Numbered from the stretch's first letter, positions 10,544 through 20,434 are shown. The stretch: 64,000 bases of DNA from Candidatus Heimdallarchaeota archaeon (GCA_030603365.1 JAUVXV010000008.1:85388-149387); one strand, 5' to 3'. Made by a program: numbers and translations. The notes: generated by a model not told the origin, from the sequence alone.

Positions 10544-11188
10544 TTAATTCAACAATTGAAGGAACTCACCAGTGATTTTTTCGACATCTTTAGCTTGAGT
10601 AATTGCTCTACCTACAACTATTATGTCAGCACCATTATTGAGGGCTTTTTGGCTAGCATTGATATCTAATCCACCAGCAACAGCAATAAGTGACTTAGGA
10701 TAACTAGTTTTAATCAATCGAATTGTTTCCCAAGGATGATCTATATTGTTCTCTTGATCAATACCTCTATGGAATAAGATGATTTCAGGAACTCTGGATA
10801 ATGAATCTAGTAATTGCTTAGGGTCATTAATATTCATACAATCAAGAATTATATCAACAGCTTTCTGTCGTCCTTCTTTTAGAGAAGATTCTATAGTCTC
10901 GAGTGAAGCTAAACCGCTAATCGCGACTGCATTGACGGAAGCTTCAGCAGCAATTCTCACTTCCAGCCAACCAACATCTAAAGTTTTCATATCTGCGATG
11001 ACATAAGAATCTAAACAAAAACCTCTAATTTGCTCAATTATTGAAACACCGAATTTCTTGATTAGGGGGGTACCTGCTTCATAAAGAATTTCCTTTTTCA
11101 CAGGTAGTCGGCTTAAGATACGATTTAAATCTTCAAGCGAAACTAAATCTAAGGCGATTTGTAAGTATGGAGGTTCTTCTAAGTTCAT
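10544..11188 (-). CDS. 3-hexulose-6-phosphate synthase (OMPDC/HUMPS family; resembles the Hps domain of archaeal Fae-Hps)
   Basis: YLQIALD, EAGTPLIK, ADMKTLDVG, HRGID, VAGG, VGRAIT. Confidence 0.8.
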   Translation of the reverse strand: MNLEEPPYLQIALDLVSLEDLNRILSRLPVKKEILYEAGTPLIKKFGVSIIEQIRGFCLDSYVIADMKTLDVGWLEVRIAAEASVNAVAISGLASLETIESSLKEGRQKAVDIILDCMNINDPKQLLDSLSRVPEIILFHRGIDQENNIDHPWETIRLIKTSYPKSLIAVAGGLDINASQKALNNGADIIVVGRAITQAKDVEKITGEFLQLLN

Positions 11189-11189
11189 T

Positions 11190-12548
11190 TTATACGCCTA
11201 GCAGTCTTGTTTTAACTCCTTCTTTGAGTGTCCTTGGTTGAGCAACATCTTTAACATAATCTAAGATATAATTTTGATTCCTTTTATCACCATGAATAAG
11301 AATAATATCTTGTGCATCTGTTTTTTGCATTATAAATTTCAATCCATCTACAGAACTATGACCAGAATAGGGGAATTTCATTACTTTGGCTTTAAGAACA
11401 AGATTCTTTTTTCGTCCCCTTCCATTATCAATTGTAATAGATCTTTCTCCATCATAAATTGCTCTACCAAGTGTTCCATCAACTTGATATCCTGTAAATC
11501 CTATAACATTTTCTTCATTGTCTCCACACAATTCAAGATAGGTATGAACAGGTCCTCCTTCCAACATTCCAGAAGTAGTGACAATAATAGATCCTTCAGT
11601 ATTTTTAGCAATATATCTCCTTGCGGCATGGGTTCGTTCAGAAATTGAGTTTACAGGAATAAAATTACTTTTTTCGAAGGGAGAATGTAAACCTGCATCT
11701 CTTAATTGTTCCAGAAATCTTTTTGAAACCCATTTATCTGAAAGAAAATGCTCTGTAATCATATTCATTTGGTTGATCATCCCATCGATATATATAGGAA
11801 CATCTGATAAATCATCATCAAGAGCTAAAGTAATTAGGGTTTCTTGAGATCTTCCAACAGCAAAAGAAGGTAAAATCATTTTGTGTTTTTCATCAGTTAC
11901 TTGTTTCGCAATGAGTCGTAATCCCACATCAATTTTGGATCTTTCAGGAACATATCTTTCTCCATTTGTTGATTCAGTTATGAGAATATCAATTTCTTCC
12001 TTAGGCAAATCATATCCATCGAACATTGGGGTTACTCTATCATTTATATCAGCAGTATAAAGTATCAAAGTCCCTTCCCAATCTATAAGAATTTGAGCAG
12101 CACCTAACACATGACCTGCATTAAGGAACTGTGCAGATATTCCATCAGCTAACTTGAATGGTTTATAATAGTTTAATGTTCGAATCTTGTGAAATACCCT
12201 ATCTAAGTCTGATTCACCCCAATGTCTTCTTCCCTCAATTTTTAGATGATCCAACCACAATCTATAGACAACTTCCTTAGTAGGATGGGTCATAAAATAA
12301 TTTCCTCTATATCCATTTCTGGATAAAGAAGGCATGTAACCAGAATGGTCTATGTGAGCATGACTAAGTAATACTGCATCTAAATCAGATGCAACATCAT
12401 CTACACCTTTGGGTGCGACAGAAAACTGCTTAGGTCTAAGTTCTATCCCGCAATCCAGCAGTATATTGTGATCTTTGTTACTTAGAAGAAAGGAGCTTCT
12501 TCCAACATAATCCGTAGCGCCGAAAGCAGTTATGTTTATTTCATTCAT
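11190..12548 (-). CDS. Beta-CASP metallo-beta-lactamase ribonuclease (aCPSF-like, no KH domains)
   Basis: LLDCG, SHAHIDH, AGHVLG, EST.G, FAVGRSQE, TSGML.GG, SGH, IHG. Confidence 0.9.
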   Translation of the reverse strand: MNEINITAFGATDYVGRSSFLLSNKDHNILLDCGIELRPKQFSVAPKGVDDVASDLDAVLLSHAHIDHSGYMPSLSRNGYRGNYFMTHPTKEVVYRLWLDHLKIEGRRHWGESDLDRVFHKIRTLNYYKPFKLADGISAQFLNAGHVLGAAQILIDWEGTLILYTADINDRVTPMFDGYDLPKEEIDILITESTNGERYVPERSKIDVGLRLIAKQVTDEKHKMILPSFAVGRSQETLITLALDDDLSDVPIYIDGMINQMNMITEHFLSDKWVSKRFLEQLRDAGLHSPFEKSNFIPVNSISERTHAARRYIAKNTEGSIIVTTSGMLEGGPVHTYLELCGDNEENVIGFTGYQVDGTLGRAIYDGERSITIDNGRGRKKNLVLKAKVMKFPYSGHSSVDGLKFIMQKTDAQDIILIHGDKRNQNYILDYVKDVAQPRTLKEGVKTRLLGV

Positions 12549-12703
12549 ATTATTACTACCAGGTAGTACTTTATGATAGAAGTGAAATATTAGTAAAAAT
12601 TAATTACTTCAATTCTCTTCATCAGTGGTTTATCAAATAACAAGTAAATATGTATTGTCATCTTTAATTGAATATTTTTTTATATAATGGAAGATAGAAT
12701 ATC

Positions 12704-13441
12704 ATGATAGTAATGGTACCAGAGAAAGAAAAAGGCAAGAAAAAAGAGTCTGATTTACGTTCAAATCTTTCGGATGCTTACAAAAAATTTGATTTAGAAC
12801 TGGATAAATCACAAGAAAAGGATGAAAAAAAGAGACAAGAAGTAATAGATGAGGGGTTAGAGAGGATAGAGAAAAAATCGGAGAAGGAATTGGTATCATC
12901 CAAATTGCTTGTCAACAGAATTCTAGAAATTAGAAAGAAATCAGGAATGATTCAAACCATTGGTACAGCAGGTAAGATTAAGACTCCCATCCTATTTGGA
13001 AAAGATGAATTCAAACAGAAACTAGTTCAAGAAATCATGATTATAGGAACAGAAGAGCTAGAAGCTATAGGATCAGCAATAACAATTGTAAATTTCATAG
13101 ATTATTTCAGAGAAACAAGACCTAATTGGAAAATTAAGACAGGAGAAATATTAGAAGTAATTAGGAAATTAGAAGAAAAGGAGATAATTCCACCAAGAGT
13201 AGATATCGGAGAAGATGATGTGTTGGTGAGATTCAAACCTATAGAAATGTCAAATGATTTGCAAGAAGTGCTGAGATTAGCAACAGGACTACCTTCACTC
13301 TCAGTGGAGAAAGTTTCATCACACTTGGGTTGGTCAGTTGAGAGAGCTCAAAGTACACTAACATTAATGATGAAAATGGATTTAGCTGTACTAGAAGAAG
13401 GCTCAGGAGACTATTACTTCCCAGGAATTATGAACATGTAA
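12704..13441 (+). CDS. ESCRT-II Vps22/Vps36 (EAP30)-like winged-helix protein
   Basis: C-terminus PIEMSNDLQEVLRLA...LSVEKVSSHLGWSVERAQSTL..MMKMDLAVLE...YYFP parallels the Vps22/Snf8 pattern ELS.D...VL.LA....V....L.W..ERA...L..L...GLA..D....Y..P; DEFKQKLVQEI resembles DFY.EL..QI. Confidence 0.75.
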   Translation: MIVMVPEKEKGKKKESDLRSNLSDAYKKFDLELDKSQEKDEKKRQEVIDEGLERIEKKSEKELVSSKLLVNRILEIRKKSGMIQTIGTAGKIKTPILFGKDEFKQKLVQEIMIIGTEELEAIGSAITIVNFIDYFRETRPNWKIKTGEILEVIRKLEEKEIIPPRVDIGEDDVLVRFKPIEMSNDLQEVLRLATGLPSLSVEKVSSHLGWSVERAQSTLTLMMKMDLAVLEEGSGDYYFPGIMNM

Positions 13442-13552
13442 AGAAGTAAGTCAAGTGCCTAAAACAATTTTCGAAGAATATTAGAGAGAGTTTTAGGTCT
13501 AATTTGTTGCATTTTGCGAAGTATTTATAAGTATCAAAAAGAGGAGTATTAT

Positions 13553-13587
13553 GGTGAAATCTCACACATATTTTGCGAGATTTCACC
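13553..13587. other. Perfect 11-bp inverted repeat (hairpin) between convergent genes
   Basis: GGTGAAATCTC (13553-13563) and GAGATTTCACC (13577-13587). Confidence 0.8.
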
Positions 13588-13624
13588 CTCCCTCCCTCAT
13601 TTCTGTTATCATAAGTTTGTTATT

Positions 13625-14458
13625 TTAGATTTTTCTATACCAGAATTTCTTATTTGATTTCTTTTTTGCTTCATCCATTTCTGCTAACACTTTTACTGCA
13701 TAATTCGCTGCAGAAATTACTTCCTTTTCCCCTTTTGTATCAAATTCATTTGTTACTCTATTGGCATAAACTGCACATATCGCTCCTGTTCTTGCACCAA
13801 ATATCTGCCCTAGTGTGAAGATATGTGATGCTTCCATTTCAATATTAGTTACGCCCATTTTTTGTAAATCTGGTACAATGGCATCTGTCTTAGATATTTT
13901 ATAGCCATTATAACCTGGTCTTCCTTGTCCTAGGTAGAAACTTGAAGATGAAGCTGCTATTCCCAAGTGATAAGTATACCCCAAGGTTTCACATGCTTCT
14001 ATTAAAGCTAAAACAACTTCGTAATTTGCTAAAGCTGGAAAATCAGCTGGTACATAGTGTATGCTTGAGCCTTCCAATTTTACAGCTCCTGTGTTTATTA
14101 TTAAATCTCCCAACTCTAGTCCTGGTTGGATTGCACCTGTTGAACCTACTCTAATGAACGTGTCACAACCGATATTCAGAAGTTCTGTCAAAGCAATTTC
14201 ACAAGCAGGAGTTCCAATCCCAGTTGAGGTCACACTAATTGGAACATCATGAACTTTACCCGTGTAAGAATAATATTGACGATGAGCTGCTATTTCTTTG
14301 TGTTGATCCCATGTTAGAGCTATTCTTTTTGCTCTATCAGGATCACCCGGAAGCATAACAGGTCCTAATAAATCTCCAGGCTTACATTCTATATGATATT
14401 GTAATCCCTCCTCGAAAACAGGTTTATCTGCTTCTATTTTCTTATCTTGTCCTTCCAT
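13625..14458 (-). CDS. udp: Uridine/nucleoside phosphorylase
   Basis: QYHI, PGDPDRA, STGIG.P, FIRVGSTG, FY.GQGR, EME. Confidence 0.88.
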   Translation of the reverse strand: MEGQDKKIEADKPVFEEGLQYHIECKPGDLLGPVMLPGDPDRAKRIALTWDQHKEIAAHRQYYSYTGKVHDVPISVTSTGIGTPACEIALTELLNIGCDTFIRVGSTGAIQPGLELGDLIINTGAVKLEGSSIHYVPADFPALANYEVVLALIEACETLGYTYHLGIAASSSSFYLGQGRPGYNGYKISKTDAIVPDLQKMGVTNIEMEASHIFTLGQIFGARTGAICAVYANRVTNEFDTKGEKEVISAANYAVKVLAEMDEAKKKSNKKFWYRKI

Positions 14459-14491
14459 ACATTCTTATTGAAAGGAGAGAATAAAAGTTTT

Positions 14492-15151
14492 TCACTTTGT
14501 TGTCTTCAATTGTCTTATTTTCTTCGCATATAGAAACAATACCGTCAATACTACCAAACCTACTATGGAATTGGTTAAGTAATTAGTAGCGAAGGACAAA
14601 ATTGTACCCCAATTTGAAGGTAGTTCTTCATTTGAATAATATTCTCCAGTACTATTTACTTGCAAATAAGTATCCATATATTCTGCATTAATATCTGAAT
14701 CAAATTCAACCCAGAATGTATAATTTCCAAAAGGTAAAGAAGTTAAATTTCCTGAACAAACAATAAAGGAAATCGAATAAACATATTGTGACAATCCTGT
14801 AGGTATACTATACTGGTTTGTTGCGGGAAGCTCTATTTCATCTGCAAAGGCGAAATTGGTTTCGTTTTCAAATTGAGCTTCAAAGCCAGTGTCAAATAGA
14901 CCATGGTTCCCTGTTCTGACAGTTATATTTGACAATGATGGGTTCCATATATCAATTTGAATGTGGAAGTAAAACTCTGTCCCATCGATATCACCGGTGT
15001 AGCAGATACCATAATAGAAGTAAGTATAGTTTTCATCAATTGAACTTATCCGAGTATACAAAACTGGACCTGCAGAAACTGAAGATAAACTTAACAGTAA
15101 AAGATTGCAAGAGATTAAAAACACAGTAATTTCTTTGATATGTTTCATCAT
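14492..15151 (-). CDS. Secreted, C-terminally membrane-anchored hypothetical protein
   Basis: Signal peptide, beta-rich acidic body with several N-x-S/T sequons, C-terminal TM helix and basic tail. Confidence 0.75.
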   Translation of the reverse strand: MMKHIKEITVFLISCNLLLLSLSSVSAGPVLYTRISSIDENYTYFYYGICYTGDIDGTEFYFHIQIDIWNPSLSNITVRTGNHGLFDTGFEAQFENETNFAFADEIELPATNQYSIPTGLSQYVYSISFIVCSGNLTSLPFGNYTFWVEFDSDINAEYMDTYLQVNSTGEYYSNEELPSNWGTILSFATNYLTNSIVGLVVLTVLFLYAKKIRQLKTTK

Positions 15152-15189
15152 ATGAGAATCTCATACACACTTTTAAGTTTCTTTGAATG

Positions 15190-16449
15190 TCAGTTATATT
15201 CCTTCAGAAGTTCTTTTGCTCTGTCAACAGAAATCTTGTTGTCTGCTATCATTCTTTCAGCAACTCTATCAATTTGGTCTTCTATTGCTCCGGCAATTAT
15301 AGCTATATTTCTTGCATGTAGAGACATATGTCCAGCTTGAATTCCTTCAGATACAAGAGCTCTAAGCGCTGCTAAATTCTGAGCTAAACCAACAGCTCCT
15401 AAAGCTTCTGCAAACTCACTTACATTAGTTACTGACATAATTTTGAATGCTAACTGATAGATAGGGTTCACATTAATTGCTCCCCCCAGTATCCCTACAA
15501 AGGTTGGAATTTCTATTGTTCCTACTAAATCACCAACTGAATTCTTTTCAAAGTTAGTTAGGGGTTTATACGTACCATTTCTTGTAGCAAAAGCATGAGC
15601 TCCTGCTTCAACTGCCCTAGTATCATTGCCTGTAGCAAGCAGAACAGCTGAAATGCCATTCATAATGCCTTTGTTGTGAGTCGTACATCTATAGATATCA
15701 TTGTTTGCAAAATCATAAGCTAGAAGTATTTTATCGACAACTTCTTCCCCACCCAACATCTTTTTGTCAAAAACAGCTGATGCTTTAACTGTCCTTTTTA
15801 CGGCATAATTTGATATAATTTTCATTAACACTGATCCTTGAGTTAATTCTTCAATCTTAGCATGAAGTTTCTCTAGCATTGTATTAACTGTATTTGCTCC
15901 TTGTACATCTTTTACATCAACTATCAGATGAATAATGAGATAATTTTCTAAATCTCCTTTGATTTCTCTTACTTCAATATCTCTTGCTCCACCACCAAGA
16001 TTAACTAAAACTTTGTTAGTAGAATTTGCTAGTGAAAGAAGTTCATGTTTTTCTGAAAGGATTCGTTTAGAAGCTTCATCAAAATTTGAAACGTTTAAAA
16101 CTTGCATTTGTCCAATAGCAAGAGAACCTGAATATTCAGCAGTAAAACCACCTTTAACTCTAGCAATTTTTGCAGAATTACTGGCGGCAGCTACTATGGA
16201 AGACTCTTCTACAGCCATAGGAATAAGATAGTCTCTTCCATTAACCTTGAAATTTGTAGCTATTCCTAATGGAAGTGAAACTCTCCCTACAACGTTCTCT
16301 ATCATATACCCCAGAGTTTCATCAGAGATTCCTTCTCCTTGAAGAATCCTGAGTTCATTATCAGTGAGATCTAGCAATGAAACTAGTAAGGATTTTCTCT
16401 CCTCAATTGACAAATTATAGAAATTAGCAATTCTAGAGTTTAAAGGCAT
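15190..16449 (-). CDS. mvaA: HMG-CoA reductase, class II
   Basis: ENVVG..SLPLG, PMA.EE.S, THNKGIMNG, GND.RAVEA, GLAQN, EGIQ.GHM.LHA. Confidence 0.93.
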   Translation of the reverse strand: MPLNSRIANFYNLSIEERKSLLVSLLDLTDNELRILQGEGISDETLGYMIENVVGRVSLPLGIATNFKVNGRDYLIPMAVEESSIVAAASNSAKIARVKGGFTAEYSGSLAIGQMQVLNVSNFDEASKRILSEKHELLSLANSTNKVLVNLGGGARDIEVREIKGDLENYLIIHLIVDVKDVQGANTVNTMLEKLHAKIEELTQGSVLMKIISNYAVKRTVKASAVFDKKMLGGEEVVDKILLAYDFANNDIYRCTTHNKGIMNGISAVLLATGNDTRAVEAGAHAFATRNGTYKPLTNFEKNSVGDLVGTIEIPTFVGILGGAINVNPIYQLAFKIMSVTNVSEFAEALGAVGLAQNLAALRALVSEGIQAGHMSLHARNIAIIAGAIEDQIDRVAERMIADNKISVDRAKELLKEYN

Positions 16450-16496
16450 AAGTATAAAATAAAGAAGGGGTTAAAAAAGATTTATTCTCAAAAGAA

Positions 16497-16715
16497 TTAG
16501 AGTTCTTCAAGAACCTGTATTGTTTGATCTTTAAATTGTCTCATAATTCGAGTAACATAACCTGCTATTAGATTTCTCATCTTTTTAGACATTACAGAGC
16601 ATACTTCTTCTACAACATGCTTATTATTTTCGAATTCTGTGTTTAATTGATTATGGAAATCTCTTACTATTTGTTTAGATAATCGTTTAACTTGGCTTGT
16701 TCGTATATTACCCAT
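16497..16715 (-). CDS. rps17e: 30S ribosomal protein S17e
   Basis: MGNIR...VKR, FE.NK, SKKMRN.IAGYVT. Confidence 0.95.
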   Translation of the reverse strand: MGNIRTSQVKRLSKQIVRDFHNQLNTEFENNKHVVEEVCSVMSKKMRNLIAGYVTRIMRQFKDQTIQVLEEL

Positions 16716-16786
16716 TTGACCACTAACTGGTGCAGTTTACAATTTATTTTAAATCTTGCTATCCAAGGCTTATTAGAAAAAGTAAT

Positions 16787-17506
16787 TTAGAAGTAGAATT
16801 GTTCAGTTGGATAGACTTCTATACCATTAGAAGTAATAGCAAAAGGTCTTTCAGACATTTCGTGCTTCAATCCTCTCATTTTTCTAATGTTCAAACTTCT
16901 TATAGCAACATTATTTCGATATTCGTAATTTAAAACAATTACACCTTGACTCATAAATTCCTCTACACCAAATCTACTTACAATACCACTCCTCATTTCG
17001 CTAGTTAGTATAGTAGTACACTCTAGTGAGGACATAACAGCACTTAGTTTTAGTATTTGTTTTCTAATAAGTTGCTCTGTTGGCATTGATAGTGCTAGAG
17101 CAGTGATACTATCAATAACTACTCTTTCTGCCGCAGTTCTATCAATGACATCTACGAGTTGTGTAATTAATTCATCTACATCTACAGCTGTTTGGTATTT
17201 CTCTTCAGAACTAACTCCTGCTCTTGGACTAAAACCGTCTATCAAAACAAGCAAGTTATCCTTTTCAATATCATTGAGATTCCACCCAAAGTTCAGAGTT
17301 TCTTCTCTTACATGAGTTGGATGTTCATCAAAAGAAACAAAAATCCCACTTTCACCACCAGAAACAATGCCATGATAAAGAAATTGCATCCCAAAGGTTG
17401 ATTTCCCTGCACCTGCTGGTCCAGAAACAAGAATTGTTCTTCCTTTTGGAATACCTCCTCCAAGGATTCCATCAAGTCCAATAATACCAGTTTCGATTAA
17501 TTCCAT
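16787..17506 (-). CDS. Single-domain KaiC-like (RecA-superfamily) ATPase
   Basis: TGI.GLD.ILGGGIP, GPAGAGKS, VVIDS, FGVEE, IRKMRG. Start refined to ATG 17506. Confidence 0.9.
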   Translation of the reverse strand: MELIETGIIGLDGILGGGIPKGRTILVSGPAGAGKSTFGMQFLYHGIVSGGESGIFVSFDEHPTHVREETLNFGWNLNDIEKDNLLVLIDGFSPRAGVSSEEKYQTAVDVDELITQLVDVIDRTAAERVVIDSITALALSMPTEQLIRKQILKLSAVMSSLECTTILTSEMRSGIVSRFGVEEFMSQGVIVLNYEYRNNVAIRSLNIRKMRGLKHEMSERPFAITSNGIEVYPTEQFYF

Positions 17507-17559
17507 ATGTTCTCTTTGACGTTTACAATAAAAAGAATTTCGGAAGAGTAAGAGCCATT

Positions 17560-19365
17560 TTAAGGTTCTTCCACTTTTCTTAATTCCCAACCACCAGGTG
17601 ATCTAAACATCATAGTAGGTTCGGAGAGACTGTCAATGTGAAGAATAAGTTCAACATCATGTTCTTTTCGAAAATGTGAGGAAGCTTGAGTAATCTTAAA
17701 TTTTCCATTGATTAGATGTATAGTATTTCCTAAAGTAGAATTATCCGTAAATTCACTATTTTCATCAATTATACCGATACGTGCCATCATACCCCAGTTC
17801 ATTACTTTGATAATGGGTGTTAACTTATTCTTAGTTCTCATTTGTCCAATACCGATACAGTAGAGTGCTGATTTTAGATCAACAGGTAAGGAGGCTAAAT
17901 CTACAAAAGTTGAAGTTTTGTATTCATCTAAATCTTTTGGACGATGTTTTACTTGTAGTTCAACTTTATAACTAGATTTGATTTCAGGAAATTTTTTCAC
18001 GAGTAATTCATATAGAGATTGAATCTTTGGTTTTACTTCAATATATCCTGAAAAATATAACCAGCTTAAGTATTCTAAACTAGCTATACATAGCCCCCTA
18101 TTCTTAGAATTGAGGGAGAGATAGAAGGTTTGTTCAAACATTAATGAGGCTTTGCTGAGTTCTGCTAATTGAAGAAATTTGAATCCTAGTTGGTTAATGA
18201 ATTCGATATTATCAAAATCAAGATCCTTAGCTTTTTCAACAGCAGAATTTCCTCCTAATACAACTGTAAGAAGAATTAACGCTCTTATTACATTTACAAC
18301 ATCTGCTCTTTGATATTGGTTACACTCGTCTTCAAAAGCTGGAGTAAAGTAAGAGTTTAATCTTTGAATTTGCCCAGATAGAAGCAAAATTATCATTCTG
18401 AGAAAATGGACATCTAAACCATATTCTTCAGATGCTTTACTACTTTGTAAGAGAATCATCAGTAGTTTATCCATGTATACTCTTGCAAGATCAACTTTCT
18501 TGTTTTCAACTAGACAAATACAGGCCAAATATTGTAATCTTCCCAACAGAAGTAGAGATTCATTATAGATAACATGATCTTCAATTTTATCCACTGCCAG
18601 TTTCCATTCTATTAAATTATCTGTAATTTCACGAACTCTTGAAAGTAATTCTTGTTCAAGTTCTTTGTATTGTCCCTGATTAAAATCTTCATCTAATCTT
18701 TGAAAATCAATTTGAATTTCTGTTAAAAGCTCTTTAAGCTGAAGAGATTCTATTGAGAAGCCATCAGTTTCTTCCAAATCTGATTTAGCAATTTGTGATA
18801 ATTTCTCTTCATATTCAGTTCTTATAACTGATATAGCAGAATCAATGATTTTCCTGATACGTTTTACAGGATCATACCTGTTAGTACTTTCAACTGAATA
18901 TCTGATTTCAGCTGTCATAAGTTGGTTCTCTAATTCTTTAAGGTATGATTCAGAAGAGAGATCGTTATTTTCTTCAAGAATCATTTTCAAAAATGCGCTA
19001 TTTGTCAGAGTAGCCATTCCTATTAATTCAGCAGTTTCTAGAAGCTTTAAATCACTACTTACAACAGTTGCACTTAATTTCTCCGCTACATAGATGACAG
19101 ATAAGTCAGGTTTCTGTGGTAAATTAGTTGTAATATTGTAAATTTTAGTGATGAATTTCTGAAATTTGTTATGGTCAACAGATTCTTCCTTGACATGAGG
19201 AGTTATTTCTCTTAATAAGAAAAACCTCATCTCATTTTTTATCAGAGAGGGCAGAAAAATCTCAATTTTCTGTTCTTTGAATATTTTGGCAAACTTTGAG
19301 AATTTGTTAGGTTGAGATTGAAAACCACTAATATAGAAGTTGGTATCGATAACGAAACGTGACAT
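17560..19365 (-). CDS. PIN-domain protein with long helical middle region and beta-rich C-terminal domain
   Basis: N-terminal RFVIDTN...P....E...PDLSV...A......VVSSD PIN pattern; the rest is unassigned. Confidence 0.7.
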   Translation of the reverse strand: MSRFVIDTNFYISGFQSQPNKFSKFAKIFKEQKIEIFLPSLIKNEMRFFLLREITPHVKEESVDHNKFQKFITKIYNITTNLPQKPDLSVIYVAEKLSATVVSSDLKLLETAELIGMATLTNSAFLKMILEENNDLSSESYLKELENQLMTAEIRYSVESTNRYDPVKRIRKIIDSAISVIRTEYEEKLSQIAKSDLEETDGFSIESLQLKELLTEIQIDFQRLDEDFNQGQYKELEQELLSRVREITDNLIEWKLAVDKIEDHVIYNESLLLLGRLQYLACICLVENKKVDLARVYMDKLLMILLQSSKASEEYGLDVHFLRMIILLLSGQIQRLNSYFTPAFEDECNQYQRADVVNVIRALILLTVVLGGNSAVEKAKDLDFDNIEFINQLGFKFLQLAELSKASLMFEQTFYLSLNSKNRGLCIASLEYLSWLYFSGYIEVKPKIQSLYELLVKKFPEIKSSYKVELQVKHRPKDLDEYKTSTFVDLASLPVDLKSALYCIGIGQMRTKNKLTPIIKVMNWGMMARIGIIDENSEFTDNSTLGNTIHLINGKFKITQASSHFRKEHDVELILHIDSLSEPTMMFRSPGGWELRKVEEP

Positions 19366-19413
19366 TAAACAAAATTAAGTAAAGGGCTATTTTTATCTTT
19401 TCATCAATAGTTA

Positions 19414-20337
19414 TTAAATTTCAATGTGATTGTACAGCTCTTTTAAGCCGTCTTCAAATTGAATAGTAGGTTTGAAATCTAATATCCTTATTACTTTCTC
19501 AGTTGAACAATAACTTTCTTTGATATCACCAATTCTTGCTTCTACATAAACTGGCTTCAGGTCTTTTCCGCTTATTTCAATAACTAATTTCGCTAATTCT
19601 TCAACAGAAACAGCTTTACCAGAACCTATATTGAAAACACGATTCTCTCCTGTATCCTTCTCTAAAGCAAGCTTAACTGCAAGAGCTAAATCTTTTACAT
19701 GAATAAAATCTCTAGTTTGTTTCCCATCTCCTTCAATCCTTGGAGGTAAATTTTGCTTTACTGCTGATATGAATTTGGATAAAACACCTGCATAAGGATC
19801 GTCTTCTTTCAGTAATGGGCTATAAATATTGAAAGGGATTAAAACAATAGAATTTAATGCAAATAGCTCAGAATACAGTAAAACATATTTTTCACCGACA
19901 TATTTACTTAATCCATAAGGGGAGATTGGATTGCGTGGATGTTCCTCAGTAATTGGTAGAAAATGTGGTTGACCAAATACTGCAGCTGAACTCAAATAAA
20001 TAAATTTCTTGATATTGTTTTTCCTAGCAAATTCCAACACCTTTAGGGTTCCCAAGATATTATTTTGAGCATCAAAAACTGGTTCATTTACTGATTGATT
20101 AATACTAATCTGTGCTGCACAGTGAATAATATAATCTATTGCAGGAAGTTTAGCAAAAATTTCATCATCCAAAATGTTCCCTTTTAAGAAAAACGCATCA
20201 TCGGGTGGGTTGTATTTTGCTTCACTTTCATTATCTAAGATACAAATTTGGTAACTATTTTTTAGTATAGAGTAAAGAAAATGACCAATTTGCCCCAATC
20301 CACCAGTGATAAGAATGGTTTGTTGTTTTAAACTCAT
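19414..20337 (-). CDS. NAD-dependent nucleotide-sugar epimerase/dehydratase (GalE-like)
   Basis: ITGGLGQIG, SSAAV, SPYGLSK, GDGKQTRDFIHV. Confidence 0.9.
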   Translation of the reverse strand: MSLKQQTILITGGLGQIGHFLYSILKNSYQICILDNESEAKYNPPDDAFFLKGNILDDEIFAKLPAIDYIIHCAAQISINQSVNEPVFDAQNNILGTLKVLEFARKNNIKKFIYLSSAAVFGQPHFLPITEEHPRNPISPYGLSKYVGEKYVLLYSELFALNSIVLIPFNIYSPLLKEDDPYAGVLSKFISAVKQNLPPRIEGDGKQTRDFIHVKDLALAVKLALEKDTGENRVFNIGSGKAVSVEELAKLVIEISGKDLKPVYVEARIGDIKESYCSTEKVIRILDFKPTIQFEDGLKELYNHIEI

Positions 20338-20434
20338 ATAAAGTAAAGAGGGTAAAACTTTTTAAAAGCATAACGTTCCTTTGCTCAATTAGTTCAATAT
20401 ATTTATTTTACTAGTAATAAGTAAGGGTGAATGA

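Noticed and set aside
16787-17506. Circadian clock KaiC or RadA/RadB assignment
   Set aside because: Single domain, no KaiB nearby, no RadA N-terminal domain; it is a generic archaeal KaiC-like ATPase.
18970-19365. Calling the PIN protein a protein-only RNase P (HARP)
   Set aside because: It lacks the spike-helix region and some catalytic aspartates, and is about three times longer; only a resemblance is claimed.
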